From assembly GCA_038087875.1 (NCBI GenBank), contig CM075993.1:12340001-12389575 (forward strand): a DNA stretch of 49,575 nucleotides, written 5' to 3'. Positions 36,183-47,869 of this stretch are shown one piece after another. The notes under the pieces were generated by a model. That model saw nothing but the letters and a program-made list of their open reading frames with translations. It had not been told where the DNA came from and did no database searches. This DNA is from Malacoraja senta (taxonomy: Eukaryota). A program made the translations under genes and the position numbers. How positions within the stretch are numbered: the first letter of the stretch is position 1; each line of letters opens with the position of its first letter.

Positions 36183-37537
36183 TATCCATGTTCTCCAGAG
36201 ATGCTACCTGACCCATTGAGTTATTCCAACACTTTGTGTCTATTTTCCCTTCACCCAGGCTTTGTTTGAGGCTGGATCAGATGGGAACATCAGGGAGGTG
36301 ATGGCGTCCAGAGAATGGATCTGATTTTCAACTAAAGCAGAGTTGTGTGCTAACCCCAAGGCTCTTCTTGGATGGGCTCCTCGGGTCAATCAGTCAAAAA
36401 GTGAACAACATGAGGAGTAAGAACTGGTTAATTGAGACCTGGAGTGAAAGTCCTCTGGACCTGACATGCTACTTAATACAATAACTAGACGTGAGAGGGT
36501 GGGACATGGGAGACAATTTAAACCATGGTGACGTCAGGCAGCGGCAGCAATAATAAATTATTTTAATTGCCGCTAATGAGCTGAAGGGAACGGTGCAGGA
36601 GGTGACATTTCCAGCTCAGCCACATGTCATCAATCGGTAAACGTGACATCATCACATCACGCACCCTGTCTCATTTCATCTTCTGTGACCGATTGTTAGC
36701 TGTGGTGGTGGCTGGGGCTGTGGCCGCGTCCTACCCAAACCCAAACCCTAACCACACTCGATATTCCCCCGTCACCTCACTGCTACCGACGTAGAGGCAC
36801 ACCTCAAAAATCCCAGTGTGCAAAACCTACAAAGTGGTTTCCCTAAACACCAATTTTTTTTTTACTCTAGGGGAAAAAAAGCACCTTCAACAGTTTTGGG
36901 ATTTCCACAGATTACAAGATACCTTTATACAGCAATGATGTTAAGGACATTAATAGTAAGATTAAATGAGAACTTACCTAAGTTTGAAGTTTGATCTTTA
37001 TTTTATGAGGAGATACGTAGGTGATTACGTGAAGAACCCCGCCAGTGCGCCTGCGCGTCAATCTTCAAAGCAGCGGTGTGAAATCACAAAAAACAACAAC
37101 CGAAGTAATATAGTCTCATAATAAAACGAGTAATACAAGAACTTCCATCTGACCTTTATGATAGAGGGTATGGTCGTGGTGGGCACGTAATCACCTACGT
37201 AACTCTTCATAAAATAAAGATCAAACTTCAAACTTAGGTAAGTTCTCGTTTAATCTTACTATTTTACTTCGGAGTCACGTGAGTGACTATGTGAAGATTT
37301 TAAAGCTTTGTGATTTCATGCCGTAGATCAATCCCGGCTTCTCACTGCATTGATTGACTCGGAACGAGAATAATCAATCATGCATTCATAATAACATTTG
37401 TACCACAAATGCAGCAATTCATTTTAATAATGAAATTAATCAGATCCCTTTAACCATATAACCATATAACCATAACAGCACGGAAACAGGCCATCTCGGC
37501 CCTTCAAGTCCGTGCCGAACATTTAAACCAGAGGAAT

Positions 37538-38460
37538 TTATACAGAACTTAAAATAGTTGCTGCAAACAATCCCGCATTAACAATAGGCCGATGGTAAAA
37601 ATGTTGCGAGGATATGGTCGACGGGGAGGTCTTTCGCCCTGGCCGCCGACGTTGCTGCTGCCCTAGTCGAGTGAGACGTAAAAACATCAGTGTTAATACC
37701 AGCAGCTGTTAAGACTTCTTTTATCCATCTGGAAATGGTCTGTACTGAAACTCTCTTGTGTGGTTTCTTGTGTGATCAACAACCCAGTTTCCATATTTCT
37801 CAAATTCTTTGTGATCTCAATGTATTTTAACAAATATGTCTTAACACAGAGACAAGGATCATTTGGATATGCTGCTAGCACAATTTTAAATCCTGTCACA
37901 CCTGGCCTACTTTGCTTTAGTAGGTCATAGATATAGAATGTAACCTTGTCTTCAGTTACTTCCATCCTGTCTATTTGTAATTTTCCAAGTGTTTGCACTC
38001 GTTGTGCTGTCACTAATGCCATATGCATGACTACTTTCATACTGAGCTTGGCCAAAGGTAAAGACACACTTGGTGACCATTCACGAAGTAGTTTCAGTAC
38101 CACACTTACATCTCAGATTGTCATGTACCTAGGTTTCGGAGGTTTGGAATTAAAGATTCCTTTCGTTAGTCTGGAAACAAGTGGGTGTGACCCAATTGGG
38201 TTTCTTTCTGAATCCAGAACCAAATACGAGGACAATGCACTTCTGGCTGAATTAATTGCACTATAACTCAAACCTTCATCATAATAAAGTTTTGACAGAA
38301 ATTCTAAAACATTTGAAATATCTGCAGTACTATATTCCACATTCTTTTGTACACAGAACGCTTCCCATTTCTTAATATAAGAAAGGTACTGTTTTTGAGT
38401 GTTCTTCCTCCAGGCTGCCGTAAGCATGTCCACAGTACGCTCAGACAGTCCTCACCCCAG
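37538..38460 (-). pseudogene. DIRS tyrosine recombinase (frameshifted)
   Basis: 'AWRKNTQKQYLSYIKKW', 'LSYSAINSARSALS', 'ALVTAQRVQTL' (catalytic R), TCTCACTCGACTAGG = SHSTR (HxxR), 'FYHRPI' (Tyr); a short deletion precedes the Tyr. Confidence 0.9.
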
Positions 38461-40370
38461 AAAAGGCCTTCTTAAAACCTGCAAATCAACAAATCCAAAC
38501 GATGGATGTTGTTCCCCTGTTACAGGGTGCAGCAATAGATTACTCCTTTTTGGGACTTTCATCAACGTTTGTGTTGTAAATTCTAATATTAACGGATACC
38601 ATGGCTGTGTAGGCCAATCTGGTACTACTAATACCCCTGAAGCAGCATCTTGCCTGATTTTAAGCAAACATCAGCTTATGAGGCAGAAAGGTGGAAATAT
38701 ATATGAAAACATACCACCCCAATGTAGCGAGAAAGCATCAATCGCCACTGCTCCTGGATCTGGTTCCCATGAGACATATCTCGATAGCTGATGATTCAGT
38801 CTAGATGTGAACAAGTCGATGTCTGGTATTCCAAATCTGATTACTATGTCATTGAATTCCTCTCGATTCAACATCCATTCTTTATTATCATGGAACTTTT
38901 CATGACCTTGTGTCTGCTACCGTATTCATTCTACCTGGTAGATGGATAGCTGAAATCCAAATGTTATTTTCAACACACCAAGACCAAATTTGATTAGCCA
39001 TTTTGTCACATGACACCGACTTGATTCCACCCATATGATTAATATAGGCAACTGCTGTTGTGTTTATCAATTTGAACTTGAACATGCTTATTAGTTGTGT
39101 TAGAACAGTAAGCTTGGAGTCCATAGAAACATCCTAAAAGCTCCAAATTGTTAATTCCACATGTCTGCAGTAACAATGACTCTTCCTGATTCCATCTGCC
39201 TCCGCAGCTAGATGCTAAGTCAGTTGCACCCTATCCTAGTGCACTGGCATCAGTTTGTAATATCATGGAAGGTTGTTCAATCAGCACTTTGCTGGAACTG
39301 CTTGAGATGTAGAATCCACCACTGCAGATCAGAAACAGCATTTGTTGTTAGTTGCATGGTTCTATCAAAATGACCAACATGCATTCTCAGTGCCTGTTCT
39401 TTAACTCTCTGTTGATAATGTAATGGTCCGTATTGGACTGCTGGGAATGCTGCTACTAATTTTCCCAGTACTCGAGCCACCTGTCTGATTGAGGGTTTTT
39501 GCTCGTTTAACAGATTACTGCAATCTTTAATCAACTCCACTCTTTTTCCCTGGGCAACGTAATTTTCATTTGGACTTAATCAATTGTGAACCCCAAATAA
39601 TCAATTGAGGTACATGGTGTTAACCTTGATTTCTTTGGATGAATTAGAAACCCCAAATTTTCAAAAGTTGATTTCACAACTGCAACAGATGCTTCTGTAG
39701 ACTGTTTTGTCTTTCCTATAATCAAGACATCATCCAAGTATGCCATTAGTACATGCCCCTGGCTTCTCAGCAACCCCAGAATTGGTTTTAACAATTTTGT
39801 GAATATTCTGGGAGCGGACGTTAACCCATTAGCCAGGGCTTTGAACTGCCATAACTGGTTCATCCATTTAAATTTAAGATACTTCCTATCTTCCGAGTGA
39901 ACAGACACTGAATAATATGCATCTTTTAAATCTATAGTTGCCATATAACATGCTTCTGAGATAAGTTGTTTGGCAGTCACAAATGTCGCCATTTTAAAAT
40001 GTCTAAATTGAACAAAAGGATTCAGACTTGTCAAGTCTAGAATAATCCTACATCCATCCTTTTTTGATCGAGGGAATACATTTGACACAAATTGGTGAAT
40101 TTGGTAGACTGATTCTTCAATAACACCTTTTATATATAGGATTTCAATTGCAGCTTGAACCTCCATCACTTCTTTTTGTGCAAAGTGGAGAGTTCTGCTA
40201 GGAACATGCTGGACAGGCAAATCATAATTTGGATTGAATTCAATTCGAAATCCTTGTATACTATTCAGAATTACCACATCTGAAGTAATCTTCTTCCAAT
40301 TGTTATAGTCCAAATGCCTCCAACATTTGGACTTAATCCAGTAGTATGTTCCCATGAGAACCAGGTCCAC
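38452..40370 (-). pseudogene. DIRS RT - RNase H - DNA N6-adenine methyltransferase-like polyprotein (frameshifted)
   Basis: 'RIILDL', 'IDLKDAYYSV', 'YLDDVLI', TDAS (ACTGATGCCAGT ~39243-39254), 'NTTAVAYINHMGG', 'IDLFTSRLNHQL..YVSW.PDP.A.AIDAF', 'FPPF', 'VVPDWPTQPWYP'. Confidence 0.92.
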
Positions 40371-41536
40371 CTACCTCTTGAGTCATTTGAGTACCCTGAG
40401 ATCCCTGGGTTCTCCCGGAAGCACCCCCACCGGTTCTTGCTCCCGCTGCAGGCCGCGAACTACGTCCCTGCGTTGATGAGCGACTTGGTCCTGGTCCAGG
40501 ATCCGTATGATGTCTGAAAGGATACTTCCTCTTTACAGACTTTACAACCATTGATGTTTTCATCAATCCTGTTTTCGCTTCATCTTCCAACTCTTTAATA
40601 CGTCTCCCGAGATCCTCTCCAAAGAGCAAGTTGGGTAATTGTATATTACTTGGTTTGCAGAGTGCTGCGAATTTTGGATTCATAGTAGGCCGTATAGCAC
40701 CTTTCCTCAGACAATTGATCTCGAAGTGGGTGCTGCATAGCAACCCCAGTGCTTCCTGATGCAACTCCGTCAACTCTTGGCTTTTATCCGCTATTCTGGC
40801 AAAAGCAGTTATTCCAGAACCCAGCAGCTTTAATATTCTCTGCAATTTTAATTCTTGAGTTCTCATAGTCATACTCAACTGATTCCAGATAATTTGATTC
40901 ACTGCAACACGCAGTTACTTGGGGTCTCATGCTTTCTTGCAGTCTCATCCATCTCCTGCTGTTCCAGCTGATGGGAAACCAAGTAATTTATTAAGGAGGC
41001 CAGTTCTTCTCCTAACGGGTCTCCTGACCCTGACGGGGCAGCGAATCGTACTGCCAGTGGTGGAATATCTGCCAGCTGCCGTTCTTCACCTTGTATAGCC
41101 TCACCGTCAGAGTCGGGGTCAGAACTCTCATGACCCATAGCACGCTCCTCATCCCCGAGGGTGCATTCCATCAGCCCTGTACCAGGAGCTGTTGAGCTGC
41201 TTCCAGCAGCTTGGATTTCAGTACACTCCTCTCTGAGTGTACTTTGCTCCAACAGCCTATGTAAAAGGCTTTCCATTTGGGTAATACGCTCAAAAGCAGT
41301 ATCTAGCCCTGGAGCTACTTCCGTTGGCTGGGACTCCTCCTCCGTGGGCTGTCGGGATTTAAACTTCGCCTTTCGCCCGACAGGCGCTGACTGTGTTTTA
41401 ATCAGCCCAGGTCCACAGTCGTTATGCTCACCGCTGGCGACTGTACCGGGATTAGAGGCGGTTGGTCGCTACCCGCAGCCTCCCGACTTTCTGTCGGCTG
41501 AGTCGCTCGCCTCTTCCCCCTGCCAGTTTTTATCAT
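40333..41536 (-). pseudogene. DIRS ORF1 (gag-like), frameshifted
   Basis: ORFs 41402-41590, 40899-41276 and 40333-40902 are homologous to DIRS A ORF1 ('MESLLHRLLEQ', 'LHQEALGLLCSTHFEINC'). Confidence 0.8.
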
Positions 41537-41651
41537 GGCGTCTGTGGAAAAAATTCCCACAGACCCACAATAAACGGACCTGGAAAACATGAAAAAAGTT
41601 TCTACTTGTAGTTAAAAAACTACAAATCCACTAGCTCCTCACGTCCGTTTC

Positions 41652-43885
41652 CATCAAGGATATGGAATTAGGTGAGGTAAGGGAAACAAGCAGAGTAGCA
41701 ATGGAAACTATGAGATTCAAAGAAGAGGAGGTGCGGACACTTTTGAAAAATATGAAAACGGATAAGTCTCCAGGTCCTGACAGGATATTCCCGAGGACAT
41801 TGGGGGGAGTTAGTGTAGAAATAGCAGGGGCTATGACAGAAATATTTCAAATGTCATTAGCAACGGGAATAGTGCCAGAGGATTGGCGTACTGCGCATGT
41901 TGTTCCGTTGTTTAAAAAGGGTTCTAAGAGTAAACCTAGCAATTATAGACATGTTTGTTTGACGTCAGTGGTGGGCAAATTAATGGAAAGGATACTTAAA
42001 GATAATATATATAAGCATCTGGATAAGCAGGGTCTGATTAGGAACAGTCAACATGGATTTGTGCCTGGAAGGTCATGTTTGACTAATCTTCTAGAATTTT
42101 TCGAAGAGGTTACTAGGGAAATTGATGATGGTAAAGCAGTGGATGTTGTCTATATGGACTTCAGTAAGGCCTTTGACAAGGTTCCTCATGGAAGGTTGGT
42201 TAAGAAGATTCAATTGTTGGGTATTAATGGTGGAGCAGCAAGATGGATTCAACAGTGGCTGAATGGGAGATGCCAGAGAGTAATGGTGGATGGCTGTTTG
42301 TCAGGTTGGAGGCCGGTGTCTAGTGGGGTGCCTCAGGGATCTGTGTTGGGTCCACTGTTGTTTGTCATGTACATCAATGATCTGGATGATGGTGTGGAAA
42401 ATTGGATTAGTAAGTATGCAGATGATACTAAGATAGGTGGTGTGGTGGATAATGAAGTAGATATTCAAAGTCTACAGAGAGATTTAGGCCATTTGGAAGA
42501 GTGGGCTGAAAGATGGCAGATGGAGTTTAATGCTGATAAATGTGAGGTACTACATCTCAACAGGACAAATCAAAATAGGACGTACATGGTAAACTGTAGA
42601 GAATTGAGGAATGCAGTTGAACAGAGGGATCTAGGAATAACTGTGCATAGTTCCCTGAAGGTGGAATCTCATGTAGATAGGGTGGTAAAGAAAGCTTTTG
42701 GTGTGCTGGCCTTTATAAATCAGAGCATTGAATATAGAAGTTGGGATGTAATGTTAAAATTGTACAGGGCATTGGTGAGGCCAATTCTGGAGTATGGAGT
42801 ACAATTTTGGTCACCTAATTATAGGAAGGATGTCAACAAAATAGAGAGAGTACGGAGGAGATTTACTAGAATGTTGCCTGGGTTTCAGCAACTAAGTTAC
42901 AGAGAAAGGTTGAACAAGTTAGGTCTTTATTCTTTGGAGCGCAGAAGGTTAAAGGCTCTGTCTTACCTGTTTGCGGTCATCGGCGGTGAAGTGCGGCGTC
43001 GCCGGTAGCGGGGACCGCACGGCAACGGGGAGAGCGGCGAGCCTATCCACCGGAGCGCCGCACGGATGCTGCGCGGGGGCCGAGTAATTCAAACACGGCG
43101 GGTCCCACGTGCTTGCGGTAAGTAAAAAAAAGGGCGGGCCGACTGCGATGACGTCCTGTAGCGGTGGCTGTGCCTGCGGCCGTGCAGCACACGTGCCTCA
43201 CTGGCGGAGGCTGTGGCAGTGGAGGTTTGACGCACGGCGCTCGAGCCACACTGGCGGCGGCCCGTGTGGGCGGCCGTGCCGCACTCGTGCATCACTGGTG
43301 GAGGTTGTGCGGTGAGTATATAGTTTTCGACATTGTCGATTTTATTTTAGCACCGCCGCACGGGAACACCGCCGCACGGCCCCGGAATTGTACGTTCTCA
43401 CGAGTGCGCGGTCTATGGCGGCAGATTCTCCCCGTTTCGCCGCCAATGACCGCAGACTCGTGAGACAGGCCTTTAAGAGGGGACTTCATAGAGGTCTTTA
43501 AAATTATGAGCGGGTTAGACAGAGTTGACTTGGATAAGCTTTTTCCATTGAGAGTAGGGAAGATTCAAACAAGGGGACATGACTTGAGAATTAAGGGACA
43601 GAAGTTTAGGGGGAACATTAGGGGGAACCTCTTTACTCAGAGAGTGGTAGCTGTGTGGAATGAGCTTCCAGTGGAAGTGGTGGAGGCTGGTTCGATTTTA
43701 TCCTTTAAAAATAGATTGGATGGGTATATGGATGGGAAAGGAATGGAGGGTTATGGTCTGAGTGCAGGTAGATGGGACTAGGGGGGAGTATTTATTTACA
43801 AAAAAAAACACACAAAAAAATGTTCGGCACGGACTTGAAGGCCGAGATGGCCTGTTTCCGTGCTGCAATGGTTATATGGTTACAT
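41652..43885 (+). mobile_element. CR1 LINE (RT), 5'-truncated, interrupted by MITE
   Basis: 448-aa ORF 41662-43008 'KSPGPD', 'YMDFSKAFDKVPH', 'KYADDTK'; resumes at 43477; ATGGTTAT tail. Confidence 0.95.
42953..43473. mobile_element. PIF/Harbinger-type MITE
   Basis: Imperfect TIR AGGCTCTGTCTTAC..TGCGGTCATCGGCGG / CCGCCAATGACCGCA..GTGAGACAGGCCTT; TAA TSD 42950-42952 and 43474-43476; uninterrupted host site AGGTTAAGAGGGG seen at ~24580. Confidence 0.88.
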
Positions 43886-44096
43886 GGTTTGTATCATCTG
43901 CAAACTTGCTAAACTTGCTCTGTAAGTTCTCATCCAAATCATTGATGTAGATGACAAACAGTAACGGGCCCAGCACTGAACACTGAGGCACACCACTAGT
44001 CACAGGCCTCCAGTCTGAGAAGCAACCTTCCTTCCACCATGACCCTCTGCTTCCTTCCCTGAAGCCAAATTTCAATCCATTCAGCTATCTCTCCCT
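43886..44096 (-). mobile_element. CR1 RT fragment
   Basis: '[33 protein letters not shown]'. Confidence 0.88.
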
Positions 44097-44390
44097 GTAA
44101 CTATATAAAGGTATGAACTAAAAAGTACTACGGGAAACTTTAAGGAACATTTCGACAGGTGCATGGACAGACAGACAGGCCATTTATAGGAATATGGGGA
44201 TGGGACATGTTGGCCGGTGTGGGCAGGCAGGCAGGCAGGCTGGGCTGAAGATGTTGTGAGAGTCTATGTCTCTATGGCTCTATAACTGGAGGGTGTGTGT
44301 GTGCACAAATTGTGCAGTAAGATATTCCTCACTTGGCCATGGATCTCTGCGCTGGGATGGTAGAACAGATTCATTTTAAGACAAACCCGG

Positions 44391-45396
44391 TTAATCACAC
44401 TTTTTAACATTATTATTACAGCAGTTTGTCCAATGGTCACACATGGATAGGGAACCTGCAAACATGTCCAATCTTCTACAGTGGGCCAGCACAAGGCAAA
44501 TGTTGTCAGTGTTGCCACTGGTGAAAATATATCTGGGTAGTGGGCGACGGAACTGGGAACTGGTTGTTATTTCAAATGTTTGACTATAAAGCGTTAACTG
44601 AAGTCCTGTGTCCATAATTAATCTCATCTGTAATGAGCACTAACTCCATCTTGCTGCTCTATCCACGCTGGTAAACACGGCATGTGAAGATGCATTCATT
44701 TATTTTCATCTTAATTAACAATGGTTTGAAATACTAATTGCCTCTCTCCAGGATACAATTGAAAGAAAAACACAAAATGGTGAAAAAAATAAAATGCAGC
44801 TTCAGATCTGAGAAAGGGTGGGTTGGGAAACTGTTCCCTTCACCCAGTGTGGCATATTAGTTCCAGCCGGTGAACACTAGGCGAGGCTGTGTTCAATCTG
44901 CAGTTCATATTGTCGTAAACTACTTCAGACCAGTCGACAGGTAGATGTGACTTCAAACCCACGGATCAAAGAGCAAGGTCGGTCTGAGTATAAATGACCA
45001 ACTCTGCCACCTAGGCTGTCCACACAACGGTACAGAGAAAGCTGCCACACACACACGCTGACTTTATTGATGTGCTTGTTTATCAAGTAATTCAAGAGAG
45101 CATATCTCCCATCATGCAGTGTAAAGCTGGTACCGGTAGAAAGTGAAATCAACACTTCAATGAGGAGCAGGGACTGTTATTAAAAATTACCAATTTATTG
45201 GACAGGCAATTCTATGATGTTTTCCTCTTAATCTGTATCTTTGAGAAATGTGGACACCTGTTGAAGTTTCATTCATCTGATTCACGGTGAGAGTTTAGTG
45301 GTGACTAAATATCCAAACAGTTGTCAGGTCACCGTTTAAAAGCAGTTTATTTGTTAGTGCTGTACCTGGCGCAAACTTCACACACAGGTGTTTCAT
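44391..45396 (-). pseudogene. Putative degraded 4-exon gene for an unrecognised secreted protein
   Basis: GT-AG bounded segments 45396-45366, 45173-45063, 44983-44844, 44627-44391; hydrophobic signal-like stretch; exon 3 has TGA and -1 nt relative to its paralogue at 47682-47822. No family recognised. Confidence 0.3.
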
Positions 45397-45473
45397 AGAG
45401 AGGGATAGTGCACTTTAGTTCATCTGATCTATTCCCATTGGCCAGCATAGCTCCTAACATATGGAATCTCTGT

Positions 45474-45983
45474 GTGGTATCTCAGCTGCACGGAGGCGGA
45501 GAGGAGAGCTCTTCAGCGGGTCGTCCACAGAGCGCAGAAGATAATTGGGACACAGCTACCAGCCTTGGAGGGCATCTACCACACACGGTGCCTCAGGAAG
45601 GCCGTCAGCATTCACAAAGATTCCTCACACCCTTGCAATAGTCTGTTCGAACTTCTACCTTCCGGCAGACGTTACAAGGCCTTCTATGCCCGCACCTCCA
45701 GACTCAGGAACAGCTTCATCCCCAGAGCTATAGCTGCTCTGAACCGGCCCTGCTGAGTGCCCCGAACCCCATGAACTGTCTCCCTCGGATGGTCACGTCA
45801 CACATCGACCCGGCACAGACACATTTGCACTTTAGACTGTTTACTGTTTTTTAAAAAATCTTGTTTCTCTGGGTGTCTAAATTTTTAGCTAATTAAGTTA
45901 TTACATCGGTTGGAAGCTGCATACCAAATCTCATTGTACCTCTGTGCAATGACAATAAAATATATTATTATTATTATTATTAT
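45474..45983 (+). mobile_element. Rex1-type LINE 3' fragment
   Basis: 'RRALQRVVHRAQKIIG..LFELLPSGRRY..RTSRLRNSFIPRAI'; AATAAA + (TTA)n tail. Confidence 0.85.
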
Positions 45984-46001
45984 ATGGTAAGCAGTGACAT
46001 G

Positions 46002-46231
46002 AGGAGAGAGAGAAGGGGGAGAGAGGGGGGGAGAGAGAGAGTGGGGAGAGAGAGAGTGGGAGAGAGAGAGAGAGAGGGCAAGAGAGAGAGGGTGAGTGAG
46101 AGAGGGGGAGAAAGAGAGGGGGAAGAGAGAGAGGGGGAGAGAGAGAGAGAGAGGGAGATAGAAAGAGGGGGAGGGAGAGGGAGAGAGAGAGAGGGGGGAA
46201 GAGAGAGAGGGGGGGAGAGAGAGAGAGAGAG
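46002..46231. repeat. (GA)n/G-rich polypurine microsatellite
   Basis: Seen directly. Confidence 0.97.
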
Positions 46232-46288
46232 GAACCCGGGTCTCTGGCTCTGTGAGGCAGCAACTCTACCGCTACACCACCGTGCCGC
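46232..46288 (-). mobile_element. tRNA-derived SINE head (HE1/V-SINE-like), truncated
   Basis: Reverse complement GCGGCACGGTGGTGTAGCGGTAGAGTTGCTGCCTCACAGAGCCAGAGACCCGGGTTC with A box and start of B box. Confidence 0.8.
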
Positions 46289-46334
46289 ACTAGTGTGTGA
46301 ATGGGCGATCGCTGGTCACAAGCTCCAGCAGCAG

Positions 46335-47340
46335 AATTAGGCCATTCAGCCCATCAAGCCAACTCCGCCATTCCATCATGGCTGATCTATCTCTCCCTCC
46401 TAACCCCATTTTCTTGCCTTCTCCCCATAACCCCTGACACCCGTACTAATCAACAATCCATGTATCTCTGCCTTAACTATGTCCACTGACTAAGCCTCCA
46501 TCGTCGTCTGTGGCATCGAATCCCACAGATTCACCACCCTCTGGCTAAAGAAATTCCTCCTCATCTCCTTCCTAAAGGAACGTCCTTTAATTCTGATGCT
46601 GTGAGCTCTGGTCCTAGACTCCCCCTTTAGTGGAAACATCCTCTCCACATCCACTCTATCCAGGCCTTTCAAAATTCGGTGAAGTATTAGTGAGCCCCCC
46701 CCCCTCGTTCTCTCCCCTCTCTGTCTCCCCAATTTCTCAACGATTGCCAACTTTCTCACTGTCTTGTGGAAGAAGTAGAATGGATAAGGGAGAGCCAGTG
46801 GATGTGGTGGATCTAGACTTTCAAAAGCCTTTGACCAGGTCCCACACAAGAGATTAGTGTGCAAAACTAGAGCACATGGTATTGGGACAAGGGTATTTAC
46901 ATGGATAGAGAACTGGTTGGCAGACAGGAAGCAAAGAGTAGGAATGAACGGGTCCTTTTCAGAATGGCAGGCAGGAACTAGTGGGGTGCCGGAAGACTTA
47001 GTGATGGGACCCCAGATACTTATAATATTTATTGACGATTTAGATGAAGGATTTACAACTGGGCTGGCGGGCAGGCCGATGACAGAGCACATGAGTGATG
47101 ACGGAACCGGTGATTCCTGTGCTGTGCAAATGTTCATGAGAACAACAAGGAAATAGGCCCTTCGGCCCTTTTCATCCATGCAGATTGAGATGCCTATGAG
47201 GCATGATGTCCATGATGTGAATGAGATTAAAAGTGATCTCATCCACGTGTATTTGTCTCATATCCCTCCATTCCTATCCGAGACAAACGGCTGTCCAAAT
47301 GCTGTTTATTTGCCCATCTGTACTTCACCCTGGATTTCTC
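46335..47340. mobile_element. CR1 fragments (46335-46680 -, 46773-47055 +, 47135-47340 - degraded)
   Basis: 'KGLDRVDVERMFPL..FFSQRVVNLW' on -; 'WIENWLADRKQRVG' on +. Confidence 0.82.
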
Positions 47341-47359
47341 CATGCTCAGTTCGCACTTG

Positions 47360-47556
47360 AAACTCTGTAATCAAGATTTTACCGAACAAACACGACCCCA
47401 GAATAAGTTTCACACTTACCTGTAGGGTTTTTAAACTTACCGCTGGAGGAGCGACACGCCTCCCAGCCAGTCATGCGCAATGCGTTAGAGGTATTAATGT
47501 GCATGCGGGCTGGCAGGCTTCTTCACGTAGTCACTCACGTGACTCCGAAATAAAAC
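47360..47556 (-). mobile_element. DIRS left-terminus fragment (copy E, same family as C)
   Basis: Highly similar to 18890-19048, including TCTTCACGTAGTCACTCACGTGACTCCGAA. Confidence 0.88.
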
Positions 47557-47869
47557 AGTAGTTTAGTGCCTCTCTCTCTCCGGCATTCAATGTAAAGAAT
47601 AACACATAATGCTGAAAATTAAAATGTAGCTTCATATCTGAGAAAGGGCAGTTGGGGTAACTGTGATGCTGTGCCCTTCACCCCCAGTGGGAATATTAGT
47701 TCAAGCCGGTGAACACTAGCTGTAGCTCTGTTCAATCTGCAGTTTATTTTGTAGTCAACTACTTCAGACCAGTCGACAGGTAGATGTGAATTCAAACCCA
47801 CAGACCAGACAGCAAGGTCAGTCTGCTGAGAGTAAACATACAACTCATCAGAATTCCCTTATATTCTTC

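Larger units (their letters stand above)
36952..41650 (-). mobile_element. DIRS retrotransposon copy D, best preserved coding; extreme left terminus missing
   Basis: Right terminus from AAT 36952, ICR ~37184-37296, all DIRS domains in order; leader homologous to DIRS A 20316-20420; short CR1 tail inserted at ~37452-37522. Confidence 0.95.

Noticed and set aside
36733..36753. Telomeric repeat (CCCAAA/CCCTAA)
   Set aside because: Only one true CCCTAA unit.
37538..38890. Prophage or integron (integrase + methylase)
   Set aside because: The domains are embedded in the gag-RT-RNase H DIRS layout with ITR/ICR termini.
43043..43489. Several overlapping GC-rich ORFs (also 11968-12238, 14634-15005)
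   Set aside because: Chance ORFs within GC-rich MITEs; no transposase motifs.
44333..44455. Alternative 123-bp minus-strand exon (VPYPCV...IHGQ)
   Set aside because: It has plausible splice sites but overlaps the putative terminal exon in another frame and has no supporting homology, so it cannot be supported.
44855..44965. tRNA or vault RNA gene
   Set aside because: Only loose A/B-box resemblance, no cloverleaf, no downstream T-run terminator, and the paralogue has an internal TTTT.
45931..46340. ORFs rich in ER/LS repeats
   Set aside because: Translations of the GA microsatellite.
47360..47556. Copy E as the missing left end of DIRS D
   Set aside because: E's leader and ITR match family C, not D's right ITR or its A-like leader.
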